Origin: Candidatus Eiseniibacteriota bacterium
Lineage (GTDB): Bacteria; Eisenbacteria; RBG-16-71-46; CAIMUX01; VGJL01
Reading direction: 5' to 3'
DNA: 64,000 bases
Assembly: GCA_963792585.1 (NCBI GenBank)
Contig: CAWBWI010000001.1
Span: forward strand, 1,888,001-1,952,000
Part shown: positions 32,122-42,277 of the stretch, piece by piece
Numbering within the stretch: position 1 is the stretch's first letter
Layout of the letters: each line of letters begins with the position of its first letter
Position numbers and translations under genes: made by a program
The notes under the pieces: generated by a model
Databases searched by the model: none
What the model was told of the DNA's origin: nothing
What the model saw: the letters and a program-made list of their open reading frames with translations, nothing else

Positions 32122-33723
32122 CTACCTCCACGTACCGGCGCGCATTCGATTCATTCCGGCCATCCAGGCGTAGGTGAAGGCCAGGCTGAAGTGGTCCTCT
32201 CCCAACCGCACGTAACGAAACTTCTTCACCCCCGTCTCCTCGTCTTCCTTGAGCATCCGCGCATCGGCGACCATATGCTTCGCAAACTGCTCGATCTGGG
32301 GTGAGCGGCGCGGGAGCGTGACCTTCTTCTCCCGGATGGCGGCCCGGGATGCATCCAGGGCCTCTGTGCGGTGTCCCTGGACGATCCAGGAGGTGGGATC
32401 CCAGTTGAGCGAGCCTCGTTGGTGCTCGTTGAAGAAGCACATGAAGACGCGCCAGGGGTGGCGCTTGGCAAACTCCCGGGTCGCGTGGGTCTCAGGGAGT
32501 CCGTCGATGACGCAGCGCTCGACATGGAAGCGATCCAGGTACGCATCCAACTCCCCGAAATCATGGCAAACGCCTACGTGGATCAGTTCCCTCCTCTCCG
32601 AGTCCTCGCCGCCGAGGTCCCGCAGGATTACGACGTGGAGGTTCTTGCCCGTATCCACGCCCATGGTGCAGACGCCGCTGGTGTCCGATTCTGCCATGGG
32701 GGTCTCGCCGCAGAGGGAGAGCACGGACATCTGATCCAGACGGGTGCCTAGGTCCGTCCAGGGAACGCCGATCTTCAAGTTATAGAAGCGCTCCGGGTAC
32801 TGCGCCGTCCTGTACTCGCGCAGGATCTCTCCCGGATCGACCTTGGAGCTGAAGAGCTGCGAGATCCGGTAGCCGTGGATCTTGCGGTCCGGGAAGTCGG
32901 CGACCCACTCCCCCGCCGACAGATCGAGTTCCACGGAGCACTTGGGACAGGCCCGGAACCACGTCCCGTCGCTCCGCGCCTGGATGATCCGGACCTCCTG
33001 GCCCAGCTTGACGGGGAAGTCTCTATCCAGCGCCGTCCAGTGACCGCAAGACGGGCAGCGCAGTGTCCAGTGCCTCTGGTCCGACTTCTGGTACTGCTCG
33101 TCGATCCCGTAGTCGGGCAGGGACGGGTTGGAGAGCTCGATCACCCGCTTGTAGTCCGAGTGGGCCAGGCGCTCCAGAGCCATGGCCCGGGCTGCAGGTG
33201 TCGCCTCATCCAGCTCATCGAAGACCACCATGTCCGCCGGCACGGACTTCATCCCCACCGGTGAGAGCATCCCGCGCAGATACAGGTAGGCCTCTCCGAT
33301 GCGCTTCAGCCCCGCCGTGTCCGTCTCCCGCATCATCCGGGTGAGGAACGGGTTGTCAGCTACGAGCGGGCTCACGCGGGCCTTCGAGAACTCGAGCACG
33401 TCCGTCTTGGTGGGGAAGAAGTACATCGCATTCAAGCCCTGGAGACAGGCATGGATGCTTCGTAGGATCGCCCAGGTCGTCCCGCCGATCTGAGCGGCCT
33501 TGGAGAGCACGACGTGGATCGAGGTGTCGTCATAGATCGTCCGCAGGTACTCATGCCCCTCGAATGAGAACGGCACGCCTTCCAGGCGGATCTTCCGAAG
33601 CGTCCATTGGGCCAGAGGGTCACTGACCGACCGGCGCGCCGGGCTCGTCAGCTCCCGGGTCCTCTTCCTGAGGTAGGGCGGCAAGGATCGCCTTGCGGAT
33701 CCTCTCCCTCGCTTCCTCGTCAT
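32122..33723 (-). CDS. Phage terminase large subunit, GpA-like
   Basis: Walker A SKAAQIGGT; Walker B VVFDELDE; two CxxC pairs; nuclease motifs MGVD and EDH. Confidence 0.88.
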   Translation of the reverse strand: MTRKRGRGSARRSLPPYLRKRTRELTSPARRSVSDPLAQWTLRKIRLEGVPFSFEGHEYLRTIYDDTSIHVVLSKAAQIGGTTWAILRSIHACLQGLNAMYFFPTKTDVLEFSKARVSPLVADNPFLTRMMRETDTAGLKRIGEAYLYLRGMLSPVGMKSVPADMVVFDELDEATPAARAMALERLAHSDYKRVIELSNPSLPDYGIDEQYQKSDQRHWTLRCPSCGHWTALDRDFPVKLGQEVRIIQARSDGTWFRACPKCSVELDLSAGEWVADFPDRKIHGYRISQLFSSKVDPGEILREYRTAQYPERFYNLKIGVPWTDLGTRLDQMSVLSLCGETPMAESDTSGVCTMGVDTGKNLHVVILRDLGGEDSERRELIHVGVCHDFGELDAYLDRFHVERCVIDGLPETHATREFAKRHPWRVFMCFFNEHQRGSLNWDPTSWIVQGHRTEALDASRAAIREKKVTLPRRSPQIEQFAKHMVADARMLKEDEETGVKKFRYVRLGEDHFSLAFTYAWMAGMNRMRAGTWR

Positions 33724-34192
33724 GCACGTTCTCCTTCACCGTGTCGATAAAGACATCGATCAGATGCCGCATCTCTGCTTCGGAATGGGCGCGGATCGCC
33801 TCTTCCGTCTCCCCATCGATGGACAACCCCTTGGCCAGACGCTGTCCCTTCTGCGCCCGGTCCAGGATTCCGGAGATCTTCTCCAGCTCCCGGATCTCGA
33901 TCGCGGGCTTTCCCTTCAGTTCATCGGCGAGCTTGGCCACGAGCAGGTCCCACATGCGGTAGTGACGGACGTTCAAAGAAACGCGGTCGCTTGCGATCTT
34001 CTCCGCGAACATCTCCGCAGCCCGGCGATCGATCTTCCTCCTCAGGTTGTCCCAGTCCTCATCCCGCCTCCATTTGCCGATCGTGTGGGGTTTGACGCGC
34101 AGACGGCCGGCAATCTCGGCGTTGGTTTCGACTTCTCCGGTGAGGAAGAGCCGGCGGGCTTCCTCACGCGCCTTGATCAGGATCTTGGGCAT
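33620..34192 (-). CDS. Putative terminase small subunit (N-terminal HTH)
   Basis: EIAGRLRVKPHTIGKWRRDEDW; directly upstream of and overlapping the large subunit. Confidence 0.7.
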   Translation of the reverse strand: MPKILIKAREEARRLFLTGEVETNAEIAGRLRVKPHTIGKWRRDEDWDNLRRKIDRRAAEMFAEKIASDRVSLNVRHYRMWDLLVAKLADELKGKPAIEIRELEKISGILDRAQKGQRLAKGLSIDGETEEAIRAHSEAEMRHLIDVFIDTVKENVHDEEARERIRKAILAALPQEEDPGADEPGAPVGQ

Positions 34193-34874
34193 CTCGGTCC
34201 TCCATGTAGTGCTGGGCCAGGTTGGCGAGACCTCGGGCCTTGCGGTCGCGACCCGCTGTACCGTCGCTTGCCAGTTCCACTGCCTGCTCGATCAACTGTT
34301 CTTGCTCCGGCGTGACGACGAAGGACATGACCCGAGGCAGGACTTTCTCCTCCTGCTCAGCCGCCTCTTCGAGCAGTGCGGCGATCTCCTCGGCCGGAAA
34401 CTCAAGCAAGGCGTGCAGCTCTTCAAGCTGGCGGTCCGTCTCGGGCAGGAGTCCGGCCAAGTCGTCCAGGCTCATCTCGCCCAAGAGCTCGTGGAGCAGC
34501 TGGGCACGGCGGATGGGCTGGTCTTGGCCTTCGAGGCGGTTGAGTGTCGCCAGGAGGAGCTTCGCCTCGCGGTCGGAGACCTCCCAGACGTCGCACCGGG
34601 CTTCCGTGTGTCCGAGATCCCGCAGGACCGACACCCGATGGTGGCCATCCAGGATCTCGAACTTCTCCGACTCGCGCGGATGAGGCCGCACCACGATGAA
34701 CGGGTAGCGTCCCGTGCGCTGAATATGGACCCGGAGCTTCTCCCGTAGCTCGTCGGACATCACGTTCGCGTTCAGCGGATGTGGGACAAGGTCGTCCAGG
34801 GGCACCATGCGGGCCCCGATGCGGGTCCCCATGCGCTCGGCCTGCGGTTGCAGGGTCCCTGCTTCATCATTCAT
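34164..34874 (-). CDS. ParB/Srx N-terminal domain protein
   Basis: HPLNAN, IVVR, ILDGHHR. Confidence 0.88.
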   Translation of the reverse strand: MNDEAGTLQPQAERMGTRIGARMVPLDDLVPHPLNANVMSDELREKLRVHIQRTGRYPFIVVRPHPRESEKFEILDGHHRVSVLRDLGHTEARCDVWEVSDREAKLLLATLNRLEGQDQPIRRAQLLHELLGEMSLDDLAGLLPETDRQLEELHALLEFPAEEIAALLEEAAEQEEKVLPRVMSFVVTPEQEQLIEQAVELASDGTAGRDRKARGLANLAQHYMEDRDAQDPDQGA

Positions 34875-35979
34875 GCGTCATCCCTCCTATCATCGCCACG
34901 TCCTGACTTGCGGCGTTGCATTTCGATACCCGCTCCGGATCCCATCCCACGACCAGGAACTCCCGGTTCGACTCGTTCTTTTCTGCAGTGGCCACGGCGG
35001 GCAGGTGCTTGTACTTGATCTCGATCGCTCGGGTGGAACGACCGAAGCGGGTCATCTTGGCTTCGAGTTCCTCGATCCCCACGACGGCGTTGCCCAGCGA
35101 GAGGAGCCAGACGGGGATGTGCTGCGCGCGGTCGAAGAGGGTATCGAGCATCTCCGCGCCATCGCGTGCCGTGAATGGGCTGGTCGGGCGGGACTGCCCC
35201 TCCAATATCTCGTCGATCACCTTGTATTCCTTCTCGTAGGACATCACGCCCGGGTATGGCGGATCGAAGTACGCGACGTCTGCCTCGATCTCGGGCAGCC
35301 GATCGAGCACGCTCGCCTTGATCACAGTGGCCTTGCCCTCGAACACCCCCGCATTGATCTGCCAAGCAAGCTCGCAGAGCTTCTCGGGGCGCGTGAGCCG
35401 CATGCCGTCCACGTAGTGGTACAAGCACGACTCGGTGATCGACTCGTACTCCCCCGTCGACAGGCGATGGATCGTGCCCGCGCGCACCTGGGCCATCGGA
35501 TGCGCAAGCAACGCCACACGGATCGCGAGGAGGCGTAACAACGCCGCCTTGGAGGGATCGGGCGTCTCTGCGGCCAAGGCTAGGGCTCGGTCGAGAAGAC
35601 GCGCCTGTGCGCACGTAAACGTCGACGGGGCGTAATCCCGTTCGATCCGGCCTGGTGGGTTGTCGGTGGGTGCTGCGATTCGGAGCACATCCTCGTGGGT
35701 CAGGCGGACCCGGCTGTTGGAGATGAGCGCTTCGCCGATTACGATCGATCGCTCGGCAATATCCGTGGCTACGACGCAGAAGCCTTGGGCCTTTGCGAAC
35801 AGGCTCACCGACCCACCGCCCATGAAGCCGTCGAGGAACGTCATCCCGTGCCATCGCGCCCTTGGCAGGATCTGGTCCACTTCCCGGAAGATGAGCGGAC
35901 AAAGCCTCCGTTTCCCTCCCAGATACGGCGGCAGGGCAGACCACAATGCCAGCTTGCGCGTCCTCGTGCGCCTCACCAT
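34867..35979 (-). CDS. DNA adenine methyltransferase, D12/Dam-like
   Basis: PYLGGK, FLDGFMGGGSV, YFDPPY. Confidence 0.9.
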   Translation of the reverse strand: MVRRTRTRKLALWSALPPYLGGKRRLCPLIFREVDQILPRARWHGMTFLDGFMGGGSVSLFAKAQGFCVVATDIAERSIVIGEALISNSRVRLTHEDVLRIAAPTDNPPGRIERDYAPSTFTCAQARLLDRALALAAETPDPSKAALLRLLAIRVALLAHPMAQVRAGTIHRLSTGEYESITESCLYHYVDGMRLTRPEKLCELAWQINAGVFEGKATVIKASVLDRLPEIEADVAYFDPPYPGVMSYEKEYKVIDEILEGQSRPTSPFTARDGAEMLDTLFDRAQHIPVWLLSLGNAVVGIEELEAKMTRFGRSTRAIEIKYKHLPAVATAEKNESNREFLVVGWDPERVSKCNAASQDVAMIGGMTHE

Positions 35980-36080
35980 CTTTCTGCTCCTTCCATGCTT
36001 GTTTCGCTGGAGCTTCCCGCGCAACAGCGCGTGTATTGCATTTCGGGGGCGATGAGGCCCTCGCAAAACGGAGGATGAGG

Positions 36081-36314
36081 ATGAACCAGAACACCACCAC
36101 CGACCCGAAGGCGATCCGCAGGGCCTACCGGGCATCCATGATGCTGGTGAAGGCCGCCGCTCTCTTGAGGGAGGCCGCAGAGGGATCGACCTGGGCACAG
36201 GGTAAGGGCGACTTCCTTCGCTACGCCGTCGCGATCGATGAGTTGATCTCCTGCGACAACGGCGAAGGTGGACTCGCGGCCACGATCACGTTCCTTTCGA
36301 ACCGGAGTCGGTAA
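36081..36314 (+). CDS. Small hypothetical protein
   Basis: RBS; first of a tightly packed + strand operon. Confidence 0.55.
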   Translation: MNQNTTTDPKAIRRAYRASMMLVKAAALLREAAEGSTWAQGKGDFLRYAVAIDELISCDNGEGGLAATITFLSNRSR

Positions 36315-36323
36315 CCGGAGGCG

Positions 36324-36554
36324 ATGGTGAACCACATTCCAACCTACCAAGAGACGATCCGCCAGATCCTCGATCGCAAGCGGATCACGGGAATCGAACC
36401 CGCCCACGTGGAGGCGTTCATGCGCGTCTACGTGGGGACGCTGGACGGACTGGATCGCAGGCGATTCACACGCCTCGCGATGGATGCTGTCGAGGAGATC
36501 CGCGGATGCGAACCCGATGTCGTGGCCAGCGTGGCCGCGTCGTACGGGCTGTAG
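36324..36554 (+). CDS. Small hypothetical protein
   Basis: RBS GGAGG; operon spacing. Confidence 0.65.
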   Translation: MVNHIPTYQETIRQILDRKRITGIEPAHVEAFMRVYVGTLDGLDRRRFTRLAMDAVEEIRGCEPDVVASVAASYGL

Positions 36555-36566
36555 AGGAGGGAGACC

Positions 36567-36935
36567 ATGAACGAGACGACGATCCAGAAGATCGTGATCA
36601 CCCGAGAGCAGATCAGTGAACTGCTGCGCACCAACCCCGATGCCCGCGACGACGCACGCGTCTGGGTCCTGGCGGATGCGATCGGGCAGTATGAGGCTTA
36701 CACAGAGAAGCTCGAGTGGTTGGCCCGCAACCTCAACGACTTGGTCCTGAAGAACCAGACGGCCGGGATGCCGAGCGTCTACGACACCGTGCTGCGGACC
36801 TCCCTGATCCCCGAGATTGAAGAGCACGCCTCGAAGTTCACCGCCCTCAAGCGGGTGCTCCAGACCACTTGCAAGCGAGCAGACGACCCCACCGCGACGG
36901 TCGTCGATACGTTGATCCGGACCCTGAACGCGTAG
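36567..36935 (+). CDS. Hypothetical protein
   Basis: RBS GAGGAGG; operon spacing. Confidence 0.7.
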   Translation: MNETTIQKIVITREQISELLRTNPDARDDARVWVLADAIGQYEAYTEKLEWLARNLNDLVLKNQTAGMPSVYDTVLRTSLIPEIEEHASKFTALKRVLQTTCKRADDPTATVVDTLIRTLNA

Positions 36936-36947
36936 GCGGAGGACGCG

Positions 36948-37619
36948 ATGACCACCTGCACGAAGACCGAGTTGACTCAGTACCTGCGATCGAAGATTTG
37001 TCCCTGGTGCGGGGCCCGGCTGGCGTCGCACCACGAGCGATCGGAGGACGGCAGGATCCTCCCGATGGTCTACACCTGCACCGAGTGCGGCCGGAACCCC
37101 CGTGAAGCACTCGCACTTCCCTACCCAGAACCGGCCGGGCATCGACCCAGGCCAGAAGGAGAAGCCATGAGCACGAAGAAGACAGAGAAGACCTCCAGCA
37201 AGAAGAGCAGCGGCGAGAAGCACGAGGAGGCGGCCACGGCCAGTACGGGACGCGTGCATACGATCGCCAAGCCGAGGACCATGCCGGTGACCGGAGCGCC
37301 GAAGGACAAGCCGGTCGCGGTGATCGTCGGTGGAAACGAGCAGATCCCCGGGCCGGCCGAGGTCGCGGCGACTCCGGCCAAGCCTCCCAAGAAGGCGAAG
37401 GGCCCCGCGACGGACGCGCCCACGACCGTGCCCGACGACGGTGGCGAGATCGTGGTCTTCGCATTCCGCCTCACCCGGTCCGAGCGCGATGAACTGCACG
37501 CCGCCACCGGATCCGCCAAGGCCTCCCGCTTCGTGAAGGCGATCGTCCTGGCGGGAGCGCGAGCGGATACCAAGGCAGTGCAGGAGCTGATCGACGAGGT
37601 GCAGAGAGGCCGCAAGTAG
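36948..37619 (+). CDS. Hypothetical protein: N-terminal zinc ribbon, internal RBS/ATG near 37168, RHH-like C-terminus
   Basis: CPWC...CTEC; AAGGAG-ATG internal start; VVFAFRLTRSERDELH. Confidence 0.6.
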   Translation: MTTCTKTELTQYLRSKICPWCGARLASHHERSEDGRILPMVYTCTECGRNPREALALPYPEPAGHRPRPEGEAMSTKKTEKTSSKKSSGEKHEEAATASTGRVHTIAKPRTMPVTGAPKDKPVAVIVGGNEQIPGPAEVAATPAKPPKKAKGPATDAPTTVPDDGGEIVVFAFRLTRSERDELHAATGSAKASRFVKAIVLAGARADTKAVQELIDEVQRGRK

Positions 37620-38272
37620 CTTCCTCCACAGACGGGCAGACACCCCCAGGATGACATTGCCTGGGGTTGTCGCTTTTGGCATCCGGGGCATCGCGAGAGA
37701 GATCCCCGCGTCCATCGCCATGACGAGAAGCACCAGGAACAGCTGCACGGACGTCAAACTCGTCAAGGCGAGGTACACCTCATCACGATTCATCGATCGT
37801 CCTCCTGATCTGCTTCAGACACCCACACACCGCTCACGGCAGCACGAGGGCTGGATCCATCTGATCGACACGCCCACGAGGCGGGCCGTTCCTTCGCGAA
37901 GTCGATATCGGAGAGCGCTGGACCTCCGAAGGTACGAATGCGGTCCGCTGGGTCGTCGGGGAGTCCCTGCCTGACAAGAGGCATCTTCCGCCACGAGGGC
38001 GCGGACAGCCTCGGCGAGAGACCGTCCGGTGTTGCCATTGGCGGGGCCACCCCGATCCGCAAGCTCATCCATTCTCTCCAGCCGGACTGGCGACTGCAGC
38101 ACCCGTGATCGCATCGATCTCCTGCCAAAGGGCGACGGCATCCCTCACCTGCGCCGCAAAGCAGTGCAGAGTCGAGGCCCGCTCGTTATCACGCTCTGCA
38201 AGCTCAACAGCACGTCGCAGGTCGCTCCGCAAGATTCCAAGCGCATCGTCGACAAGCTTTCCAGCCAGGCTT

Positions 38273-39757
38273 TCACTGCGCTGGGATGTTGGCCGCATCT
38301 GCATCGCATTTCTCCTCCCTCGCAACTTGGTGCGTCTCCACCACTTTGGTTGCTCGATAGTTCTCCGCCAGGATGACCAGTCGAGCAGCAGTCGTGTTGT
38401 CGTAGAGAGACTCGCCAGGACCGTTCGGATACACGATTGCCCGGATCGCCTGGATACGTTCGGGATGTCCCCTCGTCAGTTCTTCGAGTTCGAACAGGAT
38501 CGGGATGCACTGCGCGCGAATCTTCTCCCTCTCCTGCCGCGCCTCAGCCGCAATCTCCAGGATGCGCATCTGCTCGGATTGCTCCCGCTCATGCCTTTCG
38601 GTGGCTTCCCGATCTGCGGCCTCTCGCTCCTGGAGTCGGCGCACTGTTTCCGCATCAGGCGCCAGCGGAGGCATTGTGACGGGCACTTCGTTTGCTGCCT
38701 CGCGAACGATGCGCTCTGCGATGTGTCCACGCTTCGCGTGCGGAGATTCTTCGATCTGATTTTTGGATCCACAGAATTCTGATTCGAACTGCGCGACTCG
38801 CTCGTCTAGCTCGCTGCCTCGCCGTGCGGGCCCATGCACGATCGTTTCATGCTCGCCTTGCTCGTGCACAATTGTCCCACTGAAGACGCCGAACCGTTTT
38901 CCGTCGTTGTCTCCAGAATCTGCCAGGATCCTGCGTAGATATCCGATCGGATTGTCGATCTCCCCGGCTTCCCAACGTGGAAGGACTTCTTCGTTGATGA
39001 CTTCAAGTATCCCGCCGACCACCCCCTCCGCATCGAAGTAGAGCAACAGCGGCCGGAGAGCATCCTCGACACGCCATTCCGAAGCACCGGCAACCCTTTC
39101 TAGGATGGCTGCGGCAGCCTCGGCGTCCTCGGGATCCTGCAGTGGGAGGGGGCGTGTCGGGTCTGAGCCTCCCCGACCTTTCTTTGAAATTGGGACTAGC
39201 GGGAACGCATGCTCGGGCGAGAGCCCCGCGAGCGCCGAGCCTAAGCCTCCTCCTAAGCCGATCGTTGAATCGTTAAGACGTAAAGACGTCTCGGCGGGAG
39301 AATGGTCATGCACCTGCGTAATCGCCCCTGTTTCCAGGGAGTTGCAGGGCACCCCCGTGCGCTCTGGAGAATGGTCATCGGTTGGCCACGGATTGGTCAC
39401 GGTACGGTCATCCAGGAGCGCGGATGCGCGGTCCCAAGCCGACGGATCGCTGGCCCACGTGGGAGAAACCTCGAGTCTTCGGCCGCGTCGCCGGCCGGGA
39501 ACCCGCAGCAGTCCAAGTCTGATACCCAGGTCGATCGCCCGGCGGAAGGACTTCTCGCTCCTGCCGATGCGGTCTGATGGATTGGGCCGTTGTTTCACCC
39601 GTTGTGCCAAGAGATCCGGCCGTAGAGGGAGGCTCTGACGCTTGCCGCGATGGGCATCGCGAGCCTTCGGATGTGGCCAGGGCTCGCCGCGGACAACCAC
39701 CCGATCAAGAAGCTCGAGAACCTCACAGAGGGCGGGCGGTAGGCGCCTCGGATTCAT
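38273..39757 (-). CDS. Putative replication initiator-like protein
   Basis: HTH-like N-terminus, low-complexity linker, IDNPIGYLRRIL motif; function inferred from context. Confidence 0.45.
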   Translation of the reverse strand: MNPRRLPPALCEVLELLDRVVVRGEPWPHPKARDAHRGKRQSLPLRPDLLAQRVKQRPNPSDRIGRSEKSFRRAIDLGIRLGLLRVPGRRRGRRLEVSPTWASDPSAWDRASALLDDRTVTNPWPTDDHSPERTGVPCNSLETGAITQVHDHSPAETSLRLNDSTIGLGGGLGSALAGLSPEHAFPLVPISKKGRGGSDPTRPLPLQDPEDAEAAAAILERVAGASEWRVEDALRPLLLYFDAEGVVGGILEVINEEVLPRWEAGEIDNPIGYLRRILADSGDNDGKRFGVFSGTIVHEQGEHETIVHGPARRGSELDERVAQFESEFCGSKNQIEESPHAKRGHIAERIVREAANEVPVTMPPLAPDAETVRRLQEREAADREATERHEREQSEQMRILEIAAEARQEREKIRAQCIPILFELEELTRGHPERIQAIRAIVYPNGPGESLYDNTTAARLVILAENYRATKVVETHQVAREEKCDADAANIPAQ

Positions 39758-39862
39758 GCCCGCCTTGCGTGCGCTCTCGCGCCACCTGGGTACTATCACC
39801 GAATCTCCACTCCTCCGCGTCGTCCGCAGTGATGGGAGAGAGCTGGTGTGGGGTGCCCGGCA

Positions 39863-39949
39863 GGTAGGAACGAAACAGGCGCTATGGGTTGCCGGAGCAA
39901 CACCCACAACGCCTTCCGCTTTGCGGCCGGGTCGCTGTCTGGTGATCTC
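39863..39949 (-). promoter_or_regulatory. Structured cis-regulatory RNA leader candidate, copy 1
   Basis: ATCACCAGACAGCG.CCCGGCCGCAAAGCGGAAGGCGTTGTGGGTGTTGC conserved with copy 2; terminator-like hairpin. Confidence 0.65.
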
Positions 39950-40147
39950 TCACCTCGCGTGACCTCCCACGCGACAGCAAGACGTGTACCCCGGCGTTGC
40001 ACCAGTGTCAAGCCTGCCGGAGGCGGACCAAGCTGGGCAGCACACAGGCGCGTCCTGACCCTGTACACATCAGATCGTCGGGACAATTCACTTCAGCCGC
40101 TGTGAGACTCGCACGGGCCCGCTGACCTCGCGCCACCGTCGAATCCG

Positions 40148-40516
40148 TCATCGCGACACCCCCTGACGACCCGGATTCTCCGCGGACCGCTGGCCGGCAG
40201 ATTCCTCCCACGCCATTCGGAACGGCAGTCCGTTCTGGATCTCGAGGCACGCGATCGTCCCATCCTGCAGTCGGTCAAATTCTTGGAGCATCTCCAGGAC
40301 CTGTCGTTTGAGCACGGGATTTGAGTTATCTGAGTCGGGCCCCGCGCCTGAGTCCGATCCGAACCTGACGGTCCGGATCATGCGGGGAAGTGGGTGGAGC
40401 ACGGGCTCGCCGGTTCGGATCTTGAGGTCCTGAATCTCGCCGAATCGGACCGACCGGATGAGGTCGAGCAACAGCCTGCGTTTGGGTGAGAGTGACTTGT
40501 ACCGGGTCTCGGGCAT
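40148..40516 (-). CDS. Hypothetical protein of a type found in recombinase-bearing islands
   Basis: Internally duplicated FGEIQDLKIRTGEP / DGTIACLEIQNGLP; RBS. Confidence 0.7.
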   Translation of the reverse strand: MPETRYKSLSPKRRLLLDLIRSVRFGEIQDLKIRTGEPVLHPLPRMIRTVRFGSDSGAGPDSDNSNPVLKRQVLEMLQEFDRLQDGTIACLEIQNGLPFRMAWEESAGQRSAENPGRQGVSR

Positions 40517-40667
40517 GATCACCGCCTTGCTAGCCGGCAAATAAGGGACCCCCAGGGGCTGGCCCGGCAAGGCCTCCTGAGGGTCCCTCCGCCCACGGAG
40601 GGCGGATGAGTCAATGACTTCTGGTTCGCCGGGCCAGCCGAGTCAATTGCTGGCTATCTCCCACAGC

Positions 40668-40709
40668 GAAACTCTTGGGGTTTCAGATGAAACTCTCGGG
40701 GTTTCAAAT
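40668..40709. promoter_or_regulatory. Tandem 21-bp palindromic operator-like repeat
   Basis: GAAACTCTTGGGGTTTCAGAT / GAAACTCTCGGGGTTTCAAAT. Confidence 0.6.
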
Positions 40710-40770
40710 GCTCTTCTTCCGAAATTGGCAGGGGAGCCGCAGTTCAGCGGCCCTGTGCGATGGTCCGAGG

Positions 40771-42186
40771 TTAGAGGCTCCAGTCGATCTTCCTATCGGG
40801 CCGATAGGAGTATGTCGCGTTCTCTCTGCTGATCGCGTTCTCGAGATGCGTCGCGAGATCCGCGCAGTGCCTTCTGAGCCTCCGGCAAGCGAACTTCAAT
40901 GCCTTGTTCACCCTCACCCGTGCTTTGTTCCGCTCTGGTGCGATCCAGCAAGTCTGTCCTTGGGCGCCGTAATCATTGCGAAGCACTCGCTTGATCTCGT
41001 CAATCTGACCCTGGAGCTCATCCGACCCATGACTCCCCGAGTCCTCCTGCAGGTCCCGCAGCCCTTCGAGCCGGTCGAGTTCGGCACGGAGCTTCTCATA
41101 GCCACCGGGGCCTCCCCTTTCGATGGCCGTTTCAAATCCTCTCTTCTTCCGAAGACCAACCTCACCGCACAAGTCAATCGCAGCTGAGTGGGGCACGGGA
41201 GTATCGCGGCCACCCGCCTTGTCCTTGTCGAGGGTCCGGGCCAACAGATCCAGCCCGGGGAACTGCTCCCCCTCGTGCTGCATGAGAAAGTGAATGAGGT
41301 GGAGGCCGCTCAGTTTCGGGACGCGTGGGAGCTCGAACCCTTCCCATGTGATTCGCCAATGCTCCCCGTCCCAGCGAAAGACGTCTCGTGCCAACGCCTC
41401 AAGCGCCATGACCGGGGTCTTCGACCTAAGGCACAGATCGAGGCTCCCCCCCAAGAGCATCTGCTCCTCGTAAAGGCCAACGAGGTTCTGGGTGATTCGC
41501 GCGAACTGCGGTTTGACAAGCACAGGCACTTCGCGTTTCGGGTTGGCTTCGCCTAAACGTTGCAGGTCATTGAGGCTAAGCCATTGAGGCGGTAGGACCA
41601 GATATCCCGTACGCCCGGGGACGTCCTGTGGTCCCAGTCGGATGCCTCTCGCACGGTGAGCGCCATAGAGATCCCAAAAATGAAGCAGCGCCTTGAGTCT
41701 GAATGCCGGTCTACGCAGATGCTTCGCGAAATATGCAGCCCGCTTGGCCTGTGGTATGCCGAATTCCCCCCACTTTGGAAGCTTGAGCATTGAAGGCTTG
41801 CCTTGATTTGCAGCCACCACATCGTTGAATAGGATGAAGAGAAAAACGATAAAGGCGAGGCCCTCGTGGGGTTCCAATCCCTGTAGCCACTGAACGATGG
41901 AGAGTGCGGCCTTGAGTCGTAGAGCAATGACATCCGAAGGGACCTCGCGGATTAGCGCGCCGGTCACCTCGTACTCGTCACGGTAGAAGTTCGGTTCGTC
42001 AACTGGATGCTGCTGGCGAAGTCGATCGCAGGGTAGAAGCAACACGACCACCTCGGTGATCGGTTTGAGTGAGATGTCGACGGACACTTCGAGCTGGAAC
42101 GGGGCTCTCTCAAGATCAGCCCACCAGGTGTCGATCCACTCTACGGGGACGGGCTTCCAGCGGTTTCTGCGTTTCTGCCGGGCCAT
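40771..42186 (-). CDS. Hypothetical protein with putative C-terminal DNA-binding/regulatory domain
   Basis: 471-aa ORF; C-terminus KARVRVNKAL...LATHLENAI...YSYRP resembles tails of regulators. Confidence 0.6.
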   Translation of the reverse strand: MARQKRRNRWKPVPVEWIDTWWADLERAPFQLEVSVDISLKPITEVVVLLLPCDRLRQQHPVDEPNFYRDEYEVTGALIREVPSDVIALRLKAALSIVQWLQGLEPHEGLAFIVFLFILFNDVVAANQGKPSMLKLPKWGEFGIPQAKRAAYFAKHLRRPAFRLKALLHFWDLYGAHRARGIRLGPQDVPGRTGYLVLPPQWLSLNDLQRLGEANPKREVPVLVKPQFARITQNLVGLYEEQMLLGGSLDLCLRSKTPVMALEALARDVFRWDGEHWRITWEGFELPRVPKLSGLHLIHFLMQHEGEQFPGLDLLARTLDKDKAGGRDTPVPHSAAIDLCGEVGLRKKRGFETAIERGGPGGYEKLRAELDRLEGLRDLQEDSGSHGSDELQGQIDEIKRVLRNDYGAQGQTCWIAPERNKARVRVNKALKFACRRLRRHCADLATHLENAISRENATYSYRPDRKIDWSL

Positions 42187-42277
42187 CGTTCGAGGACTTC
42201 TCCTGTAGTCGGGCGTTTCGCAGGCACACGATCGACTGGCCTCGCCTCACGAACGGCGATTGCCGGGCGCACTGCCA

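Noticed and set aside
35973..37793. 606-aa minus-strand ORF
   Set aside because: Antisense shadow of the RBS-bearing + strand small-gene operon
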